A DNA stretch of 64,000 nucleotides from Desulfosudaceae bacterium (GTDB lineage Bacteria; Desulfobacterota; Desulfobacteria; Desulfobacterales; Desulfosudaceae): positions 1,280,001 to 1,344,000 of the forward strand of contig CAXXDV010000003.1 of assembly GCA_963674745.2 (NCBI GenBank). Reading direction: 5' to 3'. Made by a program: the position numbers and the translations under genes. The notes under the pieces were generated by a model. That model saw nothing but the letters and a program-made list of their open reading frames with translations, was not told where the DNA came from and did not search any database. Shown here in pieces: positions 8,536 to 19,015 of this stretch (the stretch's first letter is position 1; each line of letters starts with the position of its first letter).

Positions 8536-10911
8536 CTACTGCTGCATGTCGGAAGAGGGTTTTAAGGCCTGTGACAGGATATCGTCCATATGATCGATCA
8601 GAACAATATCAAGTTGCCTGGCAATGGATCCGGGAATCTCCTCGAGGTCTTTTTCACACTCCCTGGGAATGATGATTTTCTGAATTCCGCTGCGATGGGC
8701 CGCCAGGATTTTATCCCGGATGCCGCCTACGGGAAGCACACGGCCCCGCAGTGTGATCTCACCGGTCATGGCCAGGTTTCTGTCAACCGGTTTCCGGGTC
8801 AGTGCGGAAACCAGGGAGGTACACATGGAAACGCCGGCGGACGGCCCGTCTTTAGGAATGGCGCCTTCGGGAACATGAATGTGAATATCCAGGGTTTCAT
8901 AGAATTTGTTGTCAATGTGCAACTGTTCCGAACGGGATCTGACGTAGCTTAAAGCCGCCTGGGCAGACTCCTGCATGACTTCTCCCAGCTTTCCGGTAAT
9001 GGTCAGCTTGCCCTTTCCAGGCATGATGGCAGTTTCAATGTTGATCAGTTCGCCACCGACTTCGGTCCAGGCCAGGCCTGTGACCAGCCCCACCTGGTCG
9101 TTCTCTTCGATCTGGCCGTGCCGGAACTTGGGCGGACCGAGGTAGCCGTGGATGGACGCGGTGGTCACCCGATATGGCTTTGGGGTGTCACTGGTAGAAA
9201 TATCCCGGGCGATTTTCCGGAAAATGGTGGAAATTTCCCGTTCAAGGCTGCGGACGCCGGCTTCCCGTGTGTATCTTTGAATAATTTCATAAACCGCATT
9301 TTTTGAAAACGTAATATCATACTCGTCGACGCCGTTTGCCTTGAGTTGTTTCGGAATCAGGAAGGTGGTGGCGATGTTGTATTTTTCATACTCCGTGTAA
9401 CCCGGCAGCCGGATAATTTCCATCCTGTCCTGAAGGGGCAGGGGGATACTCTGCAAGGTGTTGGCGGTAGTAATAAAAAGAATCTGCGAAAGATCGTAGT
9501 CCACATCCAGGTAATGGTCATTAAAGGCATAATTCTGTTCGGGGTCGAGCACTTCCAGCAGGGCTGCCGACGGATCACCACGGAAATCCATGCTCATTTT
9601 ATCGACTTCATCAAGGCAGAAAACAGGATTGTTGACATTCGACTTTTTAAGGGCCTGAATGATTTTTCCCGGCATGGAACCGATATACGTTCTGCGGTGC
9701 CCGCGGATTTCAGCCTCGTCTCTGACACCACCCAGCGAAATGCGGATGAATTTTCTGCCCGTAGCCCGGGCTACGGATTTTGCCAGAGAGGTCTTGCCGA
9801 CACCCGGCGGTCCGACCAGGCAGAGGATAGGGCCTTTAAGTTTTTTAACAAGTGACTGTACGGCCAGATATTCCAGGATGCGTTCTTTAGGCTTCTTCAG
9901 GCCATAATGATCTTCGTCCAGGATGGATTCGGCCAGGTTGATATCGTTTCTGACTTTACTGACGTTTTTCCAGGGCAGGCTGATCAGCCAGTCGATGTAA
10001 TTCCTGATAACCGTTGCTTCAGCCGACATGGGGGTCGTGTTTTTGAGCTTTTTTAACTCTTCTTTGACCTTTTTTTTGCCCTCGGCAGACATCTTTTTGC
10101 GTTTGATCTGTTTTTCCAGCTGGGCCAGGTCATCACCGGAACCGTCTTCGCTTTCCATCTCTTTTTTGATGGCCCGCATCTGCTCATTGAGGTAATAATT
10201 TTTCTGGCTTTTCTCCATCTGATCTTTAACGCGTTTTTTAATCCGCCGTTCAACCTCGGTAATTTCTACTTCCGAATTGATTATTCCGGCCAGTTCGGGC
10301 AGGCGTTTGCGCAGATTTACCGTCTCCAGCAGCTTCTGTTTGAGTTCTATTTTCAACGGCATGTGGGCGGTAATGGTATCCGCCAGGCGGGAAGGTTCCG
10401 TAATCGAATTGATATGGGTAATGATTTCCTGGGAAATAATTTTTTTATTGCTTAGCGTATAGGCGCCAAAGCTCTCCAGCACCGTACGGACGAGCGCTTC
10501 GGCTTCTGTGCGCGGGAGCCTGTCGTCAACTATTTCCTCGGTGTTTACGAAAAAGAAATCGTTACCGGGAAGGAATTCATCTATCTTTCCGCGAGCGTCT
10601 CCTTCTACCAGCGCTTTTACTGTACCGTCGGAAAGGCGCAGCATCTGGAGCACCCGACCGATGGTACCGTATATCCTGATATCCTTTTCTACCGGATTAT
10701 CGATATCCGGCCGGGTCTGGGTCGCCAGAAAAATTTCCTTGTCACCTTCCATGGCGGCGGACAGGGCATTGATCGATTTTTTCCGGCCGATAAAAAGGGG
10801 CACCTGCATGTGTGGGAAGACGACGATGTCTCTTAACGGCAAAAGCGGCAAAGAGCGGATAGTCGGCTGCATGATTTCGTTTTGTTTAAATATATTGGGT
10901 ATATGTATCAT
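8536..10911 (-). CDS. lon: ATP-dependent protease La (Lon)
   Basis: [11 protein letters not shown]-domain, [23 protein letters not shown] catalytic Ser. Start uncertain (10947, 10911 or 10872). Confidence 0.97.
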   Translation of the reverse strand: MIHIPNIFKQNEIMQPTIRSLPLLPLRDIVVFPHMQVPLFIGRKKSINALSAAMEGDKEIFLATQTRPDIDNPVEKDIRIYGTIGRVLQMLRLSDGTVKALVEGDARGKIDEFLPGNDFFFVNTEEIVDDRLPRTEAEALVRTVLESFGAYTLSNKKIISQEIITHINSITEPSRLADTITAHMPLKIELKQKLLETVNLRKRLPELAGIINSEVEITEVERRIKKRVKDQMEKSQKNYYLNEQMRAIKKEMESEDGSGDDLAQLEKQIKRKKMSAEGKKKVKEELKKLKNTTPMSAEATVIRNYIDWLISLPWKNVSKVRNDINLAESILDEDHYGLKKPKERILEYLAVQSLVKKLKGPILCLVGPPGVGKTSLAKSVARATGRKFIRISLGGVRDEAEIRGHRRTYIGSMPGKIIQALKKSNVNNPVFCLDEVDKMSMDFRGDPSAALLEVLDPEQNYAFNDHYLDVDYDLSQILFITTANTLQSIPLPLQDRMEIIRLPGYTEYEKYNIATTFLIPKQLKANGVDEYDITFSKNAVYEIIQRYTREAGVRSLEREISTIFRKIARDISTSDTPKPYRVTTASIHGYLGPPKFRHGQIEENDQVGLVTGLAWTEVGGELINIETAIMPGKGKLTITGKLGEVMQESAQAALSYVRSRSEQLHIDNKFYETLDIHIHVPEGAIPKDGPSAGVSMCTSLVSALTRKPVDRNLAMTGEITLRGRVLPVGGIRDKILAAHRSGIQKIIIPRECEKDLEEIPGSIARQLDIVLIDHMDDILSQALKPSSDMQQ

Positions 10912-10984
10912 GGTGACTGAAAAAAATAGTTCCTGCCGGATAAACACAGGTTTTTGGCGTTAATGAATGGCCGTCAGCACGAAT

Positions 10985-12238
10985 TTAAGCCTGCTTCTGT
11001 TTATCTTCCTGTTCCAGCAACAGAATCGGTTCTTCCGTGTTTTTTATTACCTCTTCATTGATGACGCACTCTTTAATACCTTCCTGGGAAGGAAGATCAT
11101 ACATGATGTTCAGCATGCATCGTTCGATAATCGAGCGCAGTCCACGGGCACCGGATTTACGTTGCATGGCTTTTTCCGCAATGGCAGACAGGGCGCTGTC
11201 GGTAAATCGCAGATTGACGCCTTCAATTTCGAACAGTTTTTGAAATTGTTTAACCAGGGCATTCTTGGGCTCGGTCAGAATTTTAATCAAAGAGGGCTGG
11301 CTCAGTTCGTCAAGCGTACTGATAATCGGTAATCGACCCAGAAACTCGGGTATCAGGCCGAAGTGAATCAGATCTTCAGACTCTACCTGATTAAGAATTT
11401 CCCCCAGGTTTCTTTCTGCTTTGGGCAGCACCTTGCTGCCGAAACCAATGGTCCGTTCCCTGAGACGTCGTTCAATGATTTTATCCAGACCCGTAAACGT
11501 ACCGCCACAGATAAACAGGATGTTGGTGGTGTCCACTTTTACAAAATCCTGCTGTGGGTGCTTGCGGCCGCCTTTGGGCGGAACACTGGCGGTGGTACCC
11601 TCCAGTATTTTCAACAGCGCCTGTTGAACGCCTTCGCCGGAGACATCCCGGGTGATGGACGGGTTGTCCGAACGCTGTGCTATTTTGTCTATTTCATCCA
11701 CGTAGACAATGCCGCGCTCGGCTTTTTCCACATCATAATCCGCGTTCTGAAGCAGGTTCAGGATGATGTTTTCTACGTCTTCGCCCACGTAACCGGCTTC
11801 CGTCAGGGCGGTGGCATCGGCTATGGTAAAAGGCACATTGAGGAACCTGGCCATTGTCTGGGCCAGAAGGGTTTTACCGCAACCGGTCGGTCCGATAAGC
11901 AGGATATTGCTTTTCTGGATCTCAACGTCATCGGTCGTGATGGCTGAGTCAAGCCTCTTGTAGTGGTTGTAAACAGCCACGGAAAGCACTTTTTTGGCAT
12001 GATCCTGCTCGATCACATAATCATCGAGCAACGTCTTGATCTCTTTGGGTGCCAGCAGTTTTTGCGGACCGGTGGCGGTCTCTTTTTCATATTCTTCAGC
12101 AATAATCTCGCCACAAAGATTAATGCATTCGTCACAGATATAAACGGACGGTCCGGCGATCAGCTTTCTGACTTCTTTCTGGGTTTTCCCGCAAAATGAG
12201 CAGACAAGTTTATCATTACCTTCATCATGTCGATTCAT
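10985..12238 (-). CDS. clpX: ATP-dependent Clp protease ATP-binding subunit ClpX
   Basis: CSFCGK...ICDEC zinc finger, [17 protein letters not shown] loop. Confidence 0.98.
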   Translation of the reverse strand: MNRHDEGNDKLVCSFCGKTQKEVRKLIAGPSVYICDECINLCGEIIAEEYEKETATGPQKLLAPKEIKTLLDDYVIEQDHAKKVLSVAVYNHYKRLDSAITTDDVEIQKSNILLIGPTGCGKTLLAQTMARFLNVPFTIADATALTEAGYVGEDVENIILNLLQNADYDVEKAERGIVYVDEIDKIAQRSDNPSITRDVSGEGVQQALLKILEGTTASVPPKGGRKHPQQDFVKVDTTNILFICGGTFTGLDKIIERRLRERTIGFGSKVLPKAERNLGEILNQVESEDLIHFGLIPEFLGRLPIISTLDELSQPSLIKILTEPKNALVKQFQKLFEIEGVNLRFTDSALSAIAEKAMQRKSGARGLRSIIERCMLNIMYDLPSQEGIKECVINEEVIKNTEEPILLLEQEDKQKQA

Positions 12239-12240
12239 TT

Positions 12241-12867
12241 TTATTTTTTCTCCTTCTGATCGGGGTTATCCAGCTTCTCAAGATCGCTGCGATCGGTGAT
12301 GACATGATCAATGATGCCGTAATCTTTGGCTTCCATGCCGGACATGAAAAAATCCCGATCCGTGTCTACCTGGATTTTTTCCAGGTCCTGACCGGTGTGG
12401 TGGGCCAGAATATGATTCAGCGTGTCTTTCATTTTCAGGATTTCTTTTGCTTGAATGGCAATATCCGAAGCCTGTCCCTGAACGCCACCCATGGGCTGGT
12501 GGATCATTATTCTGGCGTTGGGTAACGAGAACCGTTTGCCTTTATTACCGGCGGCCAGGAGGAAAGCCCCCATGCTGGCGGCTTGCCCGATACAGACCGT
12601 GGCGATGTCGGGTTTGATGTACTGCATGGTATCATAAATGGCCAGACCGGCGGAGACCTTTCCACCGGGTGAATTGATATAAAAATTAATATCCTTGTCC
12701 GGGTCTTCAGATTCGAGAAAAAGCAACTGGGCAATCAGCAGATTGGCTGTTTCATCATCAATCGCACTGCCGATAAAGATAATCCTATCTTTGAGCAGCC
12801 GCGAATAAATATCAAAAGCACGTTCTCCTCTGCTGCTCTGCTCGATGACCATGGGAATTAAAGGCAC
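12241..12867 (-). CDS. clpP: ATP-dependent Clp protease proteolytic subunit
   Basis: [34 protein letters not shown] start with a GGAGG RBS. Confidence 0.98.
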   Translation of the reverse strand: MPLIPMVIEQSSRGERAFDIYSRLLKDRIIFIGSAIDDETANLLIAQLLFLESEDPDKDINFYINSPGGKVSAGLAIYDTMQYIKPDIATVCIGQAASMGAFLLAAGNKGKRFSLPNARIMIHQPMGGVQGQASDIAIQAKEILKMKDTLNHILAHHTGQDLEKIQVDTDRDFFMSGMEAKDYGIIDHVITDRSDLEKLDNPDQKEKK

Positions 12868-12907
12868 TGGTTAAACCTCCATTTTAAATATATTTATTAT
12901 ACTATTT

Positions 12908-14230
12908 TTAGTCGGTTTTGTCATCTTCGGATTTTTCCGGAATAACTTCTTCGATATTGCCGTTATCCATCATCAGGGTCATGGCCTTTTTTTCCAGAAG
13001 AGAGTATTTGAGCATGTCCTGGTACTGGGGATTGGTCTGATAATACTGTTTTACCATATCCGCCGGTTGCTTCAATGTTTCGGCGACCCCCTCAAAACCC
13101 GCTTCCATTTCTTCATCGTTGATATCCAGTTTTTCCTGTTCAATGATTTTATTTAACAGGATATGCCGTTTGGCCTGTTTCTCCGCTGTATCACGATATT
13201 TTACGTTCAAAGATTCGCGGGTTTGCCCCGTACTTTCAAGAGACATGTTATAGGCCTGATAGGTCCTTTCAATTTCCTCCATGATGTTGTCCAGCTCAAA
13301 TTTAATCATGGTTTCCGGGGCTTCAAAGGGATATTTTGAAAGAAGTGCCTCAAACACCTGTTCGTGCAGTTCCTGCTCACTACGTTTATCATAACCCGAT
13401 TGAAGATGTGCCGTAATCGCTTCTTTGAGTTCGTCCAGAGATTGATAAGGCCCGGCGGATTTAGCCAGTTCGTCATCCAGGGCGGGCAGGATTTCCTCTT
13501 TTAAAGAGGTGAGGGTAACATTAAAGTGAATGGTTTTGCCGGCTAACCCTGAGTCCGCGTAATCATCGGGAAAATCGACATCAAATTCTTTTGTGTCCCC
13601 GACGGACATGCCGACCATCTGGTCGTCAAAACTTTTTGATATGCTTCCCGCGCCGATTTTCAACCGGTAGTCTTCACGTTCAGGGAACCCGTCGAACGGT
13701 TCGCCGTCCAGGGACCCTGAAAAGTTGATAAATGCGATATCGTCAACAGCGGCCGGCCTTGGGGTTGCCGGGTCTTCCTGGCTGGCCATGTTATTGCGCA
13801 GCATGGTCAACTGGCCGTCAATTTCTCCATCGCTGCATTTATACATATTCTTCTTAAGATTCAGTCCCTTAAAGTCAATATCCGGAAGTTCTGGTTTAAC
13901 TTCCACGATGGCGTCATATGTGAAAGGCTGCTCTTCTGCGAGTTCCGAAGAATTGATCACCGGTTCTCCAACCACGTTCAGTTGTTTTTCCATGACGGCA
14001 TCCGGCAGTGAGGTCTGAATTAACTGGTAAGCAACATCAGCATGTACTTTGTCCTTAAACATGCGTTTTAAAACCGACAAGGGGGCTTTTCCCGGGCGAA
14101 ACCCTTTTACCTTGGCTGTTTTCTTTAATTGCTGGTAGGTGTCACCAAGTTCCTTGTTGACCTTTTCGACAGGGATTTCAATGTGAAGTGTTTTTTTGAT
14201 GCTGCTTTCATCTTTAACGGTTATCTGCAT
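12908..14230 (-). CDS. tig: Trigger factor
   Basis: GFRPGKAP ribosome-binding motif, FKBP-like middle domain, and position upstream of clpPX. Confidence 0.96.
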   Translation of the reverse strand: MQITVKDESSIKKTLHIEIPVEKVNKELGDTYQQLKKTAKVKGFRPGKAPLSVLKRMFKDKVHADVAYQLIQTSLPDAVMEKQLNVVGEPVINSSELAEEQPFTYDAIVEVKPELPDIDFKGLNLKKNMYKCSDGEIDGQLTMLRNNMASQEDPATPRPAAVDDIAFINFSGSLDGEPFDGFPEREDYRLKIGAGSISKSFDDQMVGMSVGDTKEFDVDFPDDYADSGLAGKTIHFNVTLTSLKEEILPALDDELAKSAGPYQSLDELKEAITAHLQSGYDKRSEQELHEQVFEALLSKYPFEAPETMIKFELDNIMEEIERTYQAYNMSLESTGQTRESLNVKYRDTAEKQAKRHILLNKIIEQEKLDINDEEMEAGFEGVAETLKQPADMVKQYYQTNPQYQDMLKYSLLEKKAMTLMMDNGNIEEVIPEKSEDDKTD

Positions 14231-14302
14231 TCTCTGATACTTTCTCCTTGGGTTCTAAAATTCTGTTAAAATTACCGGTCAGTTCATAGTGAACGACAAA
14301 AG

Positions 14303-14389
14303 TGGTGCGAGAGGGGAGACTTGAACTCCCACTCTGTCTCCAGAGCTGGATCCTAAGTCCAGTGCGTCTACCAATTCCGCCACTCTCGC
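14303..14389 (-). tRNA. tRNA-Leu (TAG)
   Basis: Reverse complement GCGAGAGTGGCGGAATTGGTAGACGCACTGGACTTAGGATCCAG, long variable arm, GTTCAAGTCTCCCCTCTCGCACCA. Confidence 0.96.
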
Positions 14390-14590
14390 CTGAGACAGCA
14401 TTCGTCCGTGAGTGCTTTTTTGCCCGGATTTACGATTTTATTCAAATCGAAAAAAGGTTAATGCAATCATTGCATCTGTCTGGTATTATCATCATTTAGA
14501 CTGATAAAGTAAGGCCTGATTGCGCTAAAGTCAACACGTAAATCTGTCCGGCGAAAGCGGGCGTAAAAATAATAGATTAACATTCAGAAG

Positions 14591-15307
14591 GTGACCTGGC
14601 AATTGAACAGACGATGGCTCATTTTTATAACAGTTGCCGTGCAAATATTTGTCGTCCGGGTGAGTTTTGCGTCCGGCCTTCGAACCATTGTCATTGATCC
14701 GGGACATGGCGGATATGACAGTGGTGCCAAAGGCCCTGAAGGGACCACTGAAAAAGATGTTACCCTGGCCCTGGCGCGCCTGATCGCATCTCAAATGGAG
14801 GGCAGGTACCGGGTGTTGCTGACCCGGACCGGTGATTATCAGATAAAAACGGCGGACAGGGTCGCCAAGGCCAATCATGACCATGCCGATTTGTTTCTCA
14901 GCATACATGTCGGTGGTGGATTTTCTATTAAAAACAATACAATAACGGTTTACTGGCCTGGCGGTGAGTCTGGTTCGGATCAAAAGCCCAAAGCCTATAC
15001 CATAACGGATTTTTCTGGTGAATATCCGGCCGTCGTCTGGGGTGAAGCCCAACAAGATCATCATCGCTTAAGCAAGGCTTTTGCGGAAATACTGGGGCAG
15101 GAATGCCGGAACGTATTCGGTAAATGCAGCCGGGTTAAAAGCGGTCAAATAAATGTGCTTGAAGGGGCGGACATGCCGGCTGCAATGATCGAAATCGGAT
15201 GCATGGTTAATCCGTCCTGGGAAAAGCAGTTCAGAGACCCTGATCGAATGGTGATCATGTCCGATATGATCACCAGCGCCATTGAACGGTTTTTCCGGTC
15301 CGAGTGA
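14591..15307 (+). CDS. N-acetylmuramoyl-L-alanine amidase (Amidase_3 family)
   Basis: Signal-like N-terminus; IVIDPGHGG, TEKDVTL, LFLSIH and MPAAMIEIG supply the Zn and catalytic residues. Confidence 0.9.
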   Translation: MTWQLNRRWLIFITVAVQIFVVRVSFASGLRTIVIDPGHGGYDSGAKGPEGTTEKDVTLALARLIASQMEGRYRVLLTRTGDYQIKTADRVAKANHDHADLFLSIHVGGGFSIKNNTITVYWPGGESGSDQKPKAYTITDFSGEYPAVVWGEAQQDHHRLSKAFAEILGQECRNVFGKCSRVKSGQINVLEGADMPAAMIEIGCMVNPSWEKQFRDPDRMVIMSDMITSAIERFFRSE

Positions 15308-15376
15308 AATCTTCAGGCTTGCATTTCAATCCCCCGTGTGTTAGAGACATTTTGCTGTATAATTACCCCACTTTCT

Positions 15377-15453
<77 letters not shown>

Positions 15454-15468
15454 AAAAACAAAATAAAT

Positions 15469-15505
15469 AAAGCAGGTTGTGAAATACACAATCTGCTTTT
15501 TTTTT
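15469..15505 (+). terminator. Intrinsic terminator after tRNA-Pro
   Basis: AAAGCAGGTTGTG-AAATA-CACAATCTGCTTT hairpin followed by a T-tract. Confidence 0.75.
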
Positions 15506-15946
15506 GTACCAAAATGTCATTTTTGCTTTTTGTGACCCCTATGTGACCCCCACTTAATTCCTTTTCAAAAGAATACTTTTTATAATTACTTGATATTATT
15601 GATGGTATATATTTCTGGAAAACAAGGAACAAGAAAACAAATAGTTATAAATAAGTTATGATTCTAGACGGTTATAGGTCTCCTCGTTGTACGGCTGCCT
15701 GCTGCTTGAGCAGGGGTGCGCACGGAAATGTGCGCTGATTAAGAATAAATAAGAAAGGAATAGGAAGTCACTTTAATAGCCGTATAATAATGCCGGTGGC
15801 GCATTAACATTTTCTGAGTATTTTTCTCAGCCCCCACAGAGGCGCTTTTTTCTGGATTGTCGCAGACCGGATAATGGACTTGGAGGGATATTAAGAGCAT
15901 GAAGGGGAAATTGTGCATATATGATATAAAATCACTGCCGTCCTTT

Positions 15947-16923
15947 ATGATGAATTTATTATCATTGAGAACTTTCCACATTGCGAAATTGATTTTGACA
16001 AACGCTTTTCAAAACTTAGCGCTTGTTACGATTATTTATTCAACATGATTTGGCCAAACGGTTTTGCGTGTTCAAAATGCGGACACAGCGAGTATTGGGT
16101 GAGCTCCAAACATCTTTACATTTGCAAACGCTGTGAGCATCATCACTCGCTGAACGCCGGCACGATTATGGACAGCACCAAAAAGCCGATCACTTATTGG
16201 TTTAAGGCCATGTGGTGGTTTACAACTAGAAAGTCAGGCATCAACGCTGTAAGCCTCCAAAATTTATTAGGGTTCGGTAGTTACAGCACCGCCTGGATTT
16301 GGCTCCAGAAATTGAGGCGCTGCACCATTCGTAACGGCCGAGAGAAGTTGTCTGGACGCGTTGAGGTTGATGAATTTTTCGTCGGCGGCCAGAAGCCCGG
16401 CAAAAAGGGCCGTGGCGCTGAAGGGAAGATGGTTGTAGCCATTGCCGTTGAACGAGATGACAAGAAGAAAAAGATCGGCCGTTGCCCTCTGCAAGTCCTA
16501 TTGGACTGTTCGGAGGATTCATTGAAAACTTTCATTGAAACAAATATCGAACCCGGCAGTAAAATAACGACTGATTCCTGGGCCAGTTACCATTTTATTG
16601 ACAAAGAACACTACAAACACGAGCAAATAAATCAATCCAAGACCAGCAGTAGCAACAAAGCGCTGTACGGCGTCCACATAATAATTTCTTTGATTAAACG
16701 ACTTATCACGGGAACATACCAAGGACGGTTTGAGCCCAAATATATTCAAAACTATCTGGATGAATATGTGTTCCGCTTTAATCGTCGTAAATCAGCATCA
16801 ATAGGCAAAAAGTTTATGCGTATCGTCCAGCAGGCTGTTAAAACGCCAAAAATTATAGGGAAAAATATCCTGTGGGATATGGATCCAATTTCCGAATATT
16901 ATCTACTTGGGCTTTTCAGATAA
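15947..16923 (+). pseudogene. IS1595-family transposase, apparently frameshifted near its N-terminus
   Basis: Zn ribbon (WPNGFACSKCG...CKRC), VEVDEFFVGG, ITTDSW, YLDEYVFRFNRR. Family-like sequence FPHCEIDFDKRFSKLSACYDYLF continues in frame upstream of ATG 16045, but the nearest upstream ATGs (15947/15950) are 1 nt out of frame. Confidence 0.82.
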
Positions 16924-17065
16924 CCGTATTTAGTAAAATAACGTTGGGATTTTATCATAAGTATTTATTTATTCATGCCAATGTCTCAAGCCGGAAATTA
17001 TTACGGGGGGCGAAATGGGACGCCCTGTTGGTGCCAGGTTACAGCGACTGGCTCTGTGGAGGGAT

Positions 17066-17281
17066 CTAAACTGCAACCGGGGTAAGGGTGAAAACGTGGG
17101 CAAGCCGACCAGCAGCTTTTACGTCTCCTCTACGCAAAGCGTCGCGAACATCATCAAGCTTCATGGCATCATCAATGGATAGATAAGGCGACCAGCCTTC
17201 ATCAGTATCAATCAGTTCAATGTTAACTTTGGCTACATATTGCCCTTCATGAACAAGTTTTGTGTGACGCCTCTTCCTCAT
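17066..17281 (-). CDS. Small hypothetical protein, putative antitoxin partner of DUF4258
   Basis: 71 aa ([34 protein letters not shown]), start overlaps the DUF4258 stop. Confidence 0.65.
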   Translation of the reverse strand: MRKRRHTKLVHEGQYVAKVNIELIDTDEGWSPYLSIDDAMKLDDVRDALRRGDVKAAGRLAHVFTLTPVAV

Positions 17282-17601
17282 AGCTTTCTCCTCTTAAAAT
17301 CATTTGACCACTTATCCGGATCTGGCCTATAGGCAGTGACTAAAACAGCAGGGGATGAGGCTCCCATCGGTATCCCCCGTACCACATGGATCGGGTTCCC
17401 CTGGTTGTCGTTCTGCAACACCAAAACACATGGTCCTTTTGAATATTCCGGATAATCTTCAACGACCACAGCCGTAACAATATTGGCTATTATATCTTTC
17501 GCAAAAATATCATCTTCTGCAAGTTCATCGTAGCCATGGTCTGATATCATCACATTTTTTTGCTCGACCAGCTCAAGAATTTTTTGAAATGTTTTGCTCA
17601 T
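17278..17601 (-). CDS. DUF4258-domain protein, putative toxin
   Basis: [44 protein letters not shown]. Confidence 0.8.
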   Translation of the reverse strand: MSKTFQKILELVEQKNVMISDHGYDELAEDDIFAKDIIANIVTAVVVEDYPEYSKGPCVLVLQNDNQGNPIHVVRGIPMGASSPAVLVTAYRPDPDKWSNDFKRRKL

Positions 17602-17604
17602 GTT

Positions 17605-18501
17605 TTATTTTAACCCCTTTGATTGTATTCGGCAAAAGAATATTTTTAAAAACATGGTTTTGATTATGCAGGAAAATTTTTCAAATGATGCGGCTTTTTG
17701 TAACGGCAGCGCGATCAGGTTGCCTAGACCGCCTTTAGGCATGGTGTCCTGGCTGGGAAACAACCTGTCATATGATTTGAACTGGATTTCATGCCTTTTA
17801 CCCATGGCACAGGTGAGCAGGGCAGAACCAAACTTGCGCGCCAACACAGCTGATACATGATTTTCAAAGAAAAACCAGATATGACCGCCTTGACCGGATC
17901 GCGACCGTTCCACAGCAAGGGGAATATTGAACTCGTTGCAGACGTTTCTGACAACAGAGATATCTTTTTGCCAGTCAGCTTCGTCAAAATCCATTGCCAG
18001 AAAGCAGCACGTTTCATCCGGTAGCATTGGATAAATTCCAACAACGATATTCCCTCTTAAATGGTCCTCAATGATGTCTTCGTTCAAAGGGGCATACGCT
18101 TTATGATCACATTTGGTACATGGTATTCTGGGCTTACCGCAAAGGCCCTCCTGCCATTGATTCAAGCAAACAGGCGAATAGCCTGATGCTCCTTTCTTTT
18201 TATTCTCCCACCGCTTTGCATATACATCTTCGCGGCCTCTAAAAAGAGACATGAACAGACGGATCTTGGAAATAGAATCCGAAGTGCTGTCCACGCCTGA
18301 AAAACGATTGCTTCCAGTTGGTTCATTATCGAATATCGTTGCTTCTATTTTTGTTGCTGAGGCAGGATTTCGGGCTAACGCAGGTTCCGTTTGGCCGAGT
18401 TGGGCTTTCAGTTGGTCGTTTTCTTTTGTTAATCGACTAACTTCGTCTAGCAGGGATTTGTATTTTTCAAGCAGTGTCTTATAATTCATCGTTGAACCCA
18501 T
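17605..18501 (-). pseudogene. Truncated AEP primase-like (TOTE-type) domain gene, normally fused to an SF2/Res-type helicase
   Basis: LFRGREDVYAKRW, GYSPVC, GIYPML, FLAMDFD, ERSRSGQGGHIWFFF, YDRLFPSQD, GNLIALPLQ. Similarity stops abruptly after QKAA. Confidence 0.72.
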
Positions 18502-18633
18502 GATGTTCTGAACAATTTGTAAATATAACATATTTTTGTGATATTGTCCGTTAAAAGAATTTTGGATTCTTTTCAATTTGTGCTAAGATAAACATTATCA
18601 GCATTTTTTATAATCCGATGATAAGGTGGCAGC

Positions 18634-19015
18634 GTGAAACCGTTGAGTATGATGAAGAGGGGACGTATCCAGGATCTTGATCGTTCCTTTGATATTCAAT
18701 TCTGGCAGCAGCAGGAGCCTAAGGTCCGCTTTAACGCCGCCTGGGAGTTGATAGTTCACGCCGGGCGGGTGAAAGGATACAGCGAACTGTTGAAAACTTT
18801 CAACGACAATAACGTTCAATATCTGGTTATCGGCGGGTATGCCCTGATTCAATACGCTGAACCGCGATATACAAAAGATCTCGATTTGTGGATCAGCACC
18901 ACGCCGGAGAACGCCACTGCCGTTTTTAATTCGCTCAAACAGTTCGGCGCACCGCTGGATGATTTGACGTCGAAAGATTTTGCCGAGGATGGTTTTTTTT
19001 ATCAAATGGGCATCA
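18634..19015 (+). pseudogene. Fused remnant: small TA-partner-like N-terminus joined to a truncated nucleotidyltransferase (MNT-like)
   Basis: aa 1-48 DRSFDIQFWQ...RFNAAWEL, then FNDNNVQYLVIGGYA...PRYTKDLDLWI (GG-x-DLD NTase motif). Similarity ends at QMG, where the convergent activase gene stops. Confidence 0.62.

Larger units (their letters stand above)
15454..19015. mobile_element. Decayed genomic island remnant at the tRNA-Pro 3' end
   Basis: AT-rich DNA with tandem TGTGACCCC repeats, an IHF consensus, an IS1595 transposase, TA-like genes and truncated genes. No integrase and no second att copy seen. Right boundary approximate. Confidence 0.6.

Noticed and set aside
14302..14499. 65-aa ORF starting MVREGRLELP
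   Set aside because: It is the antisense reading of tRNA-Leu.
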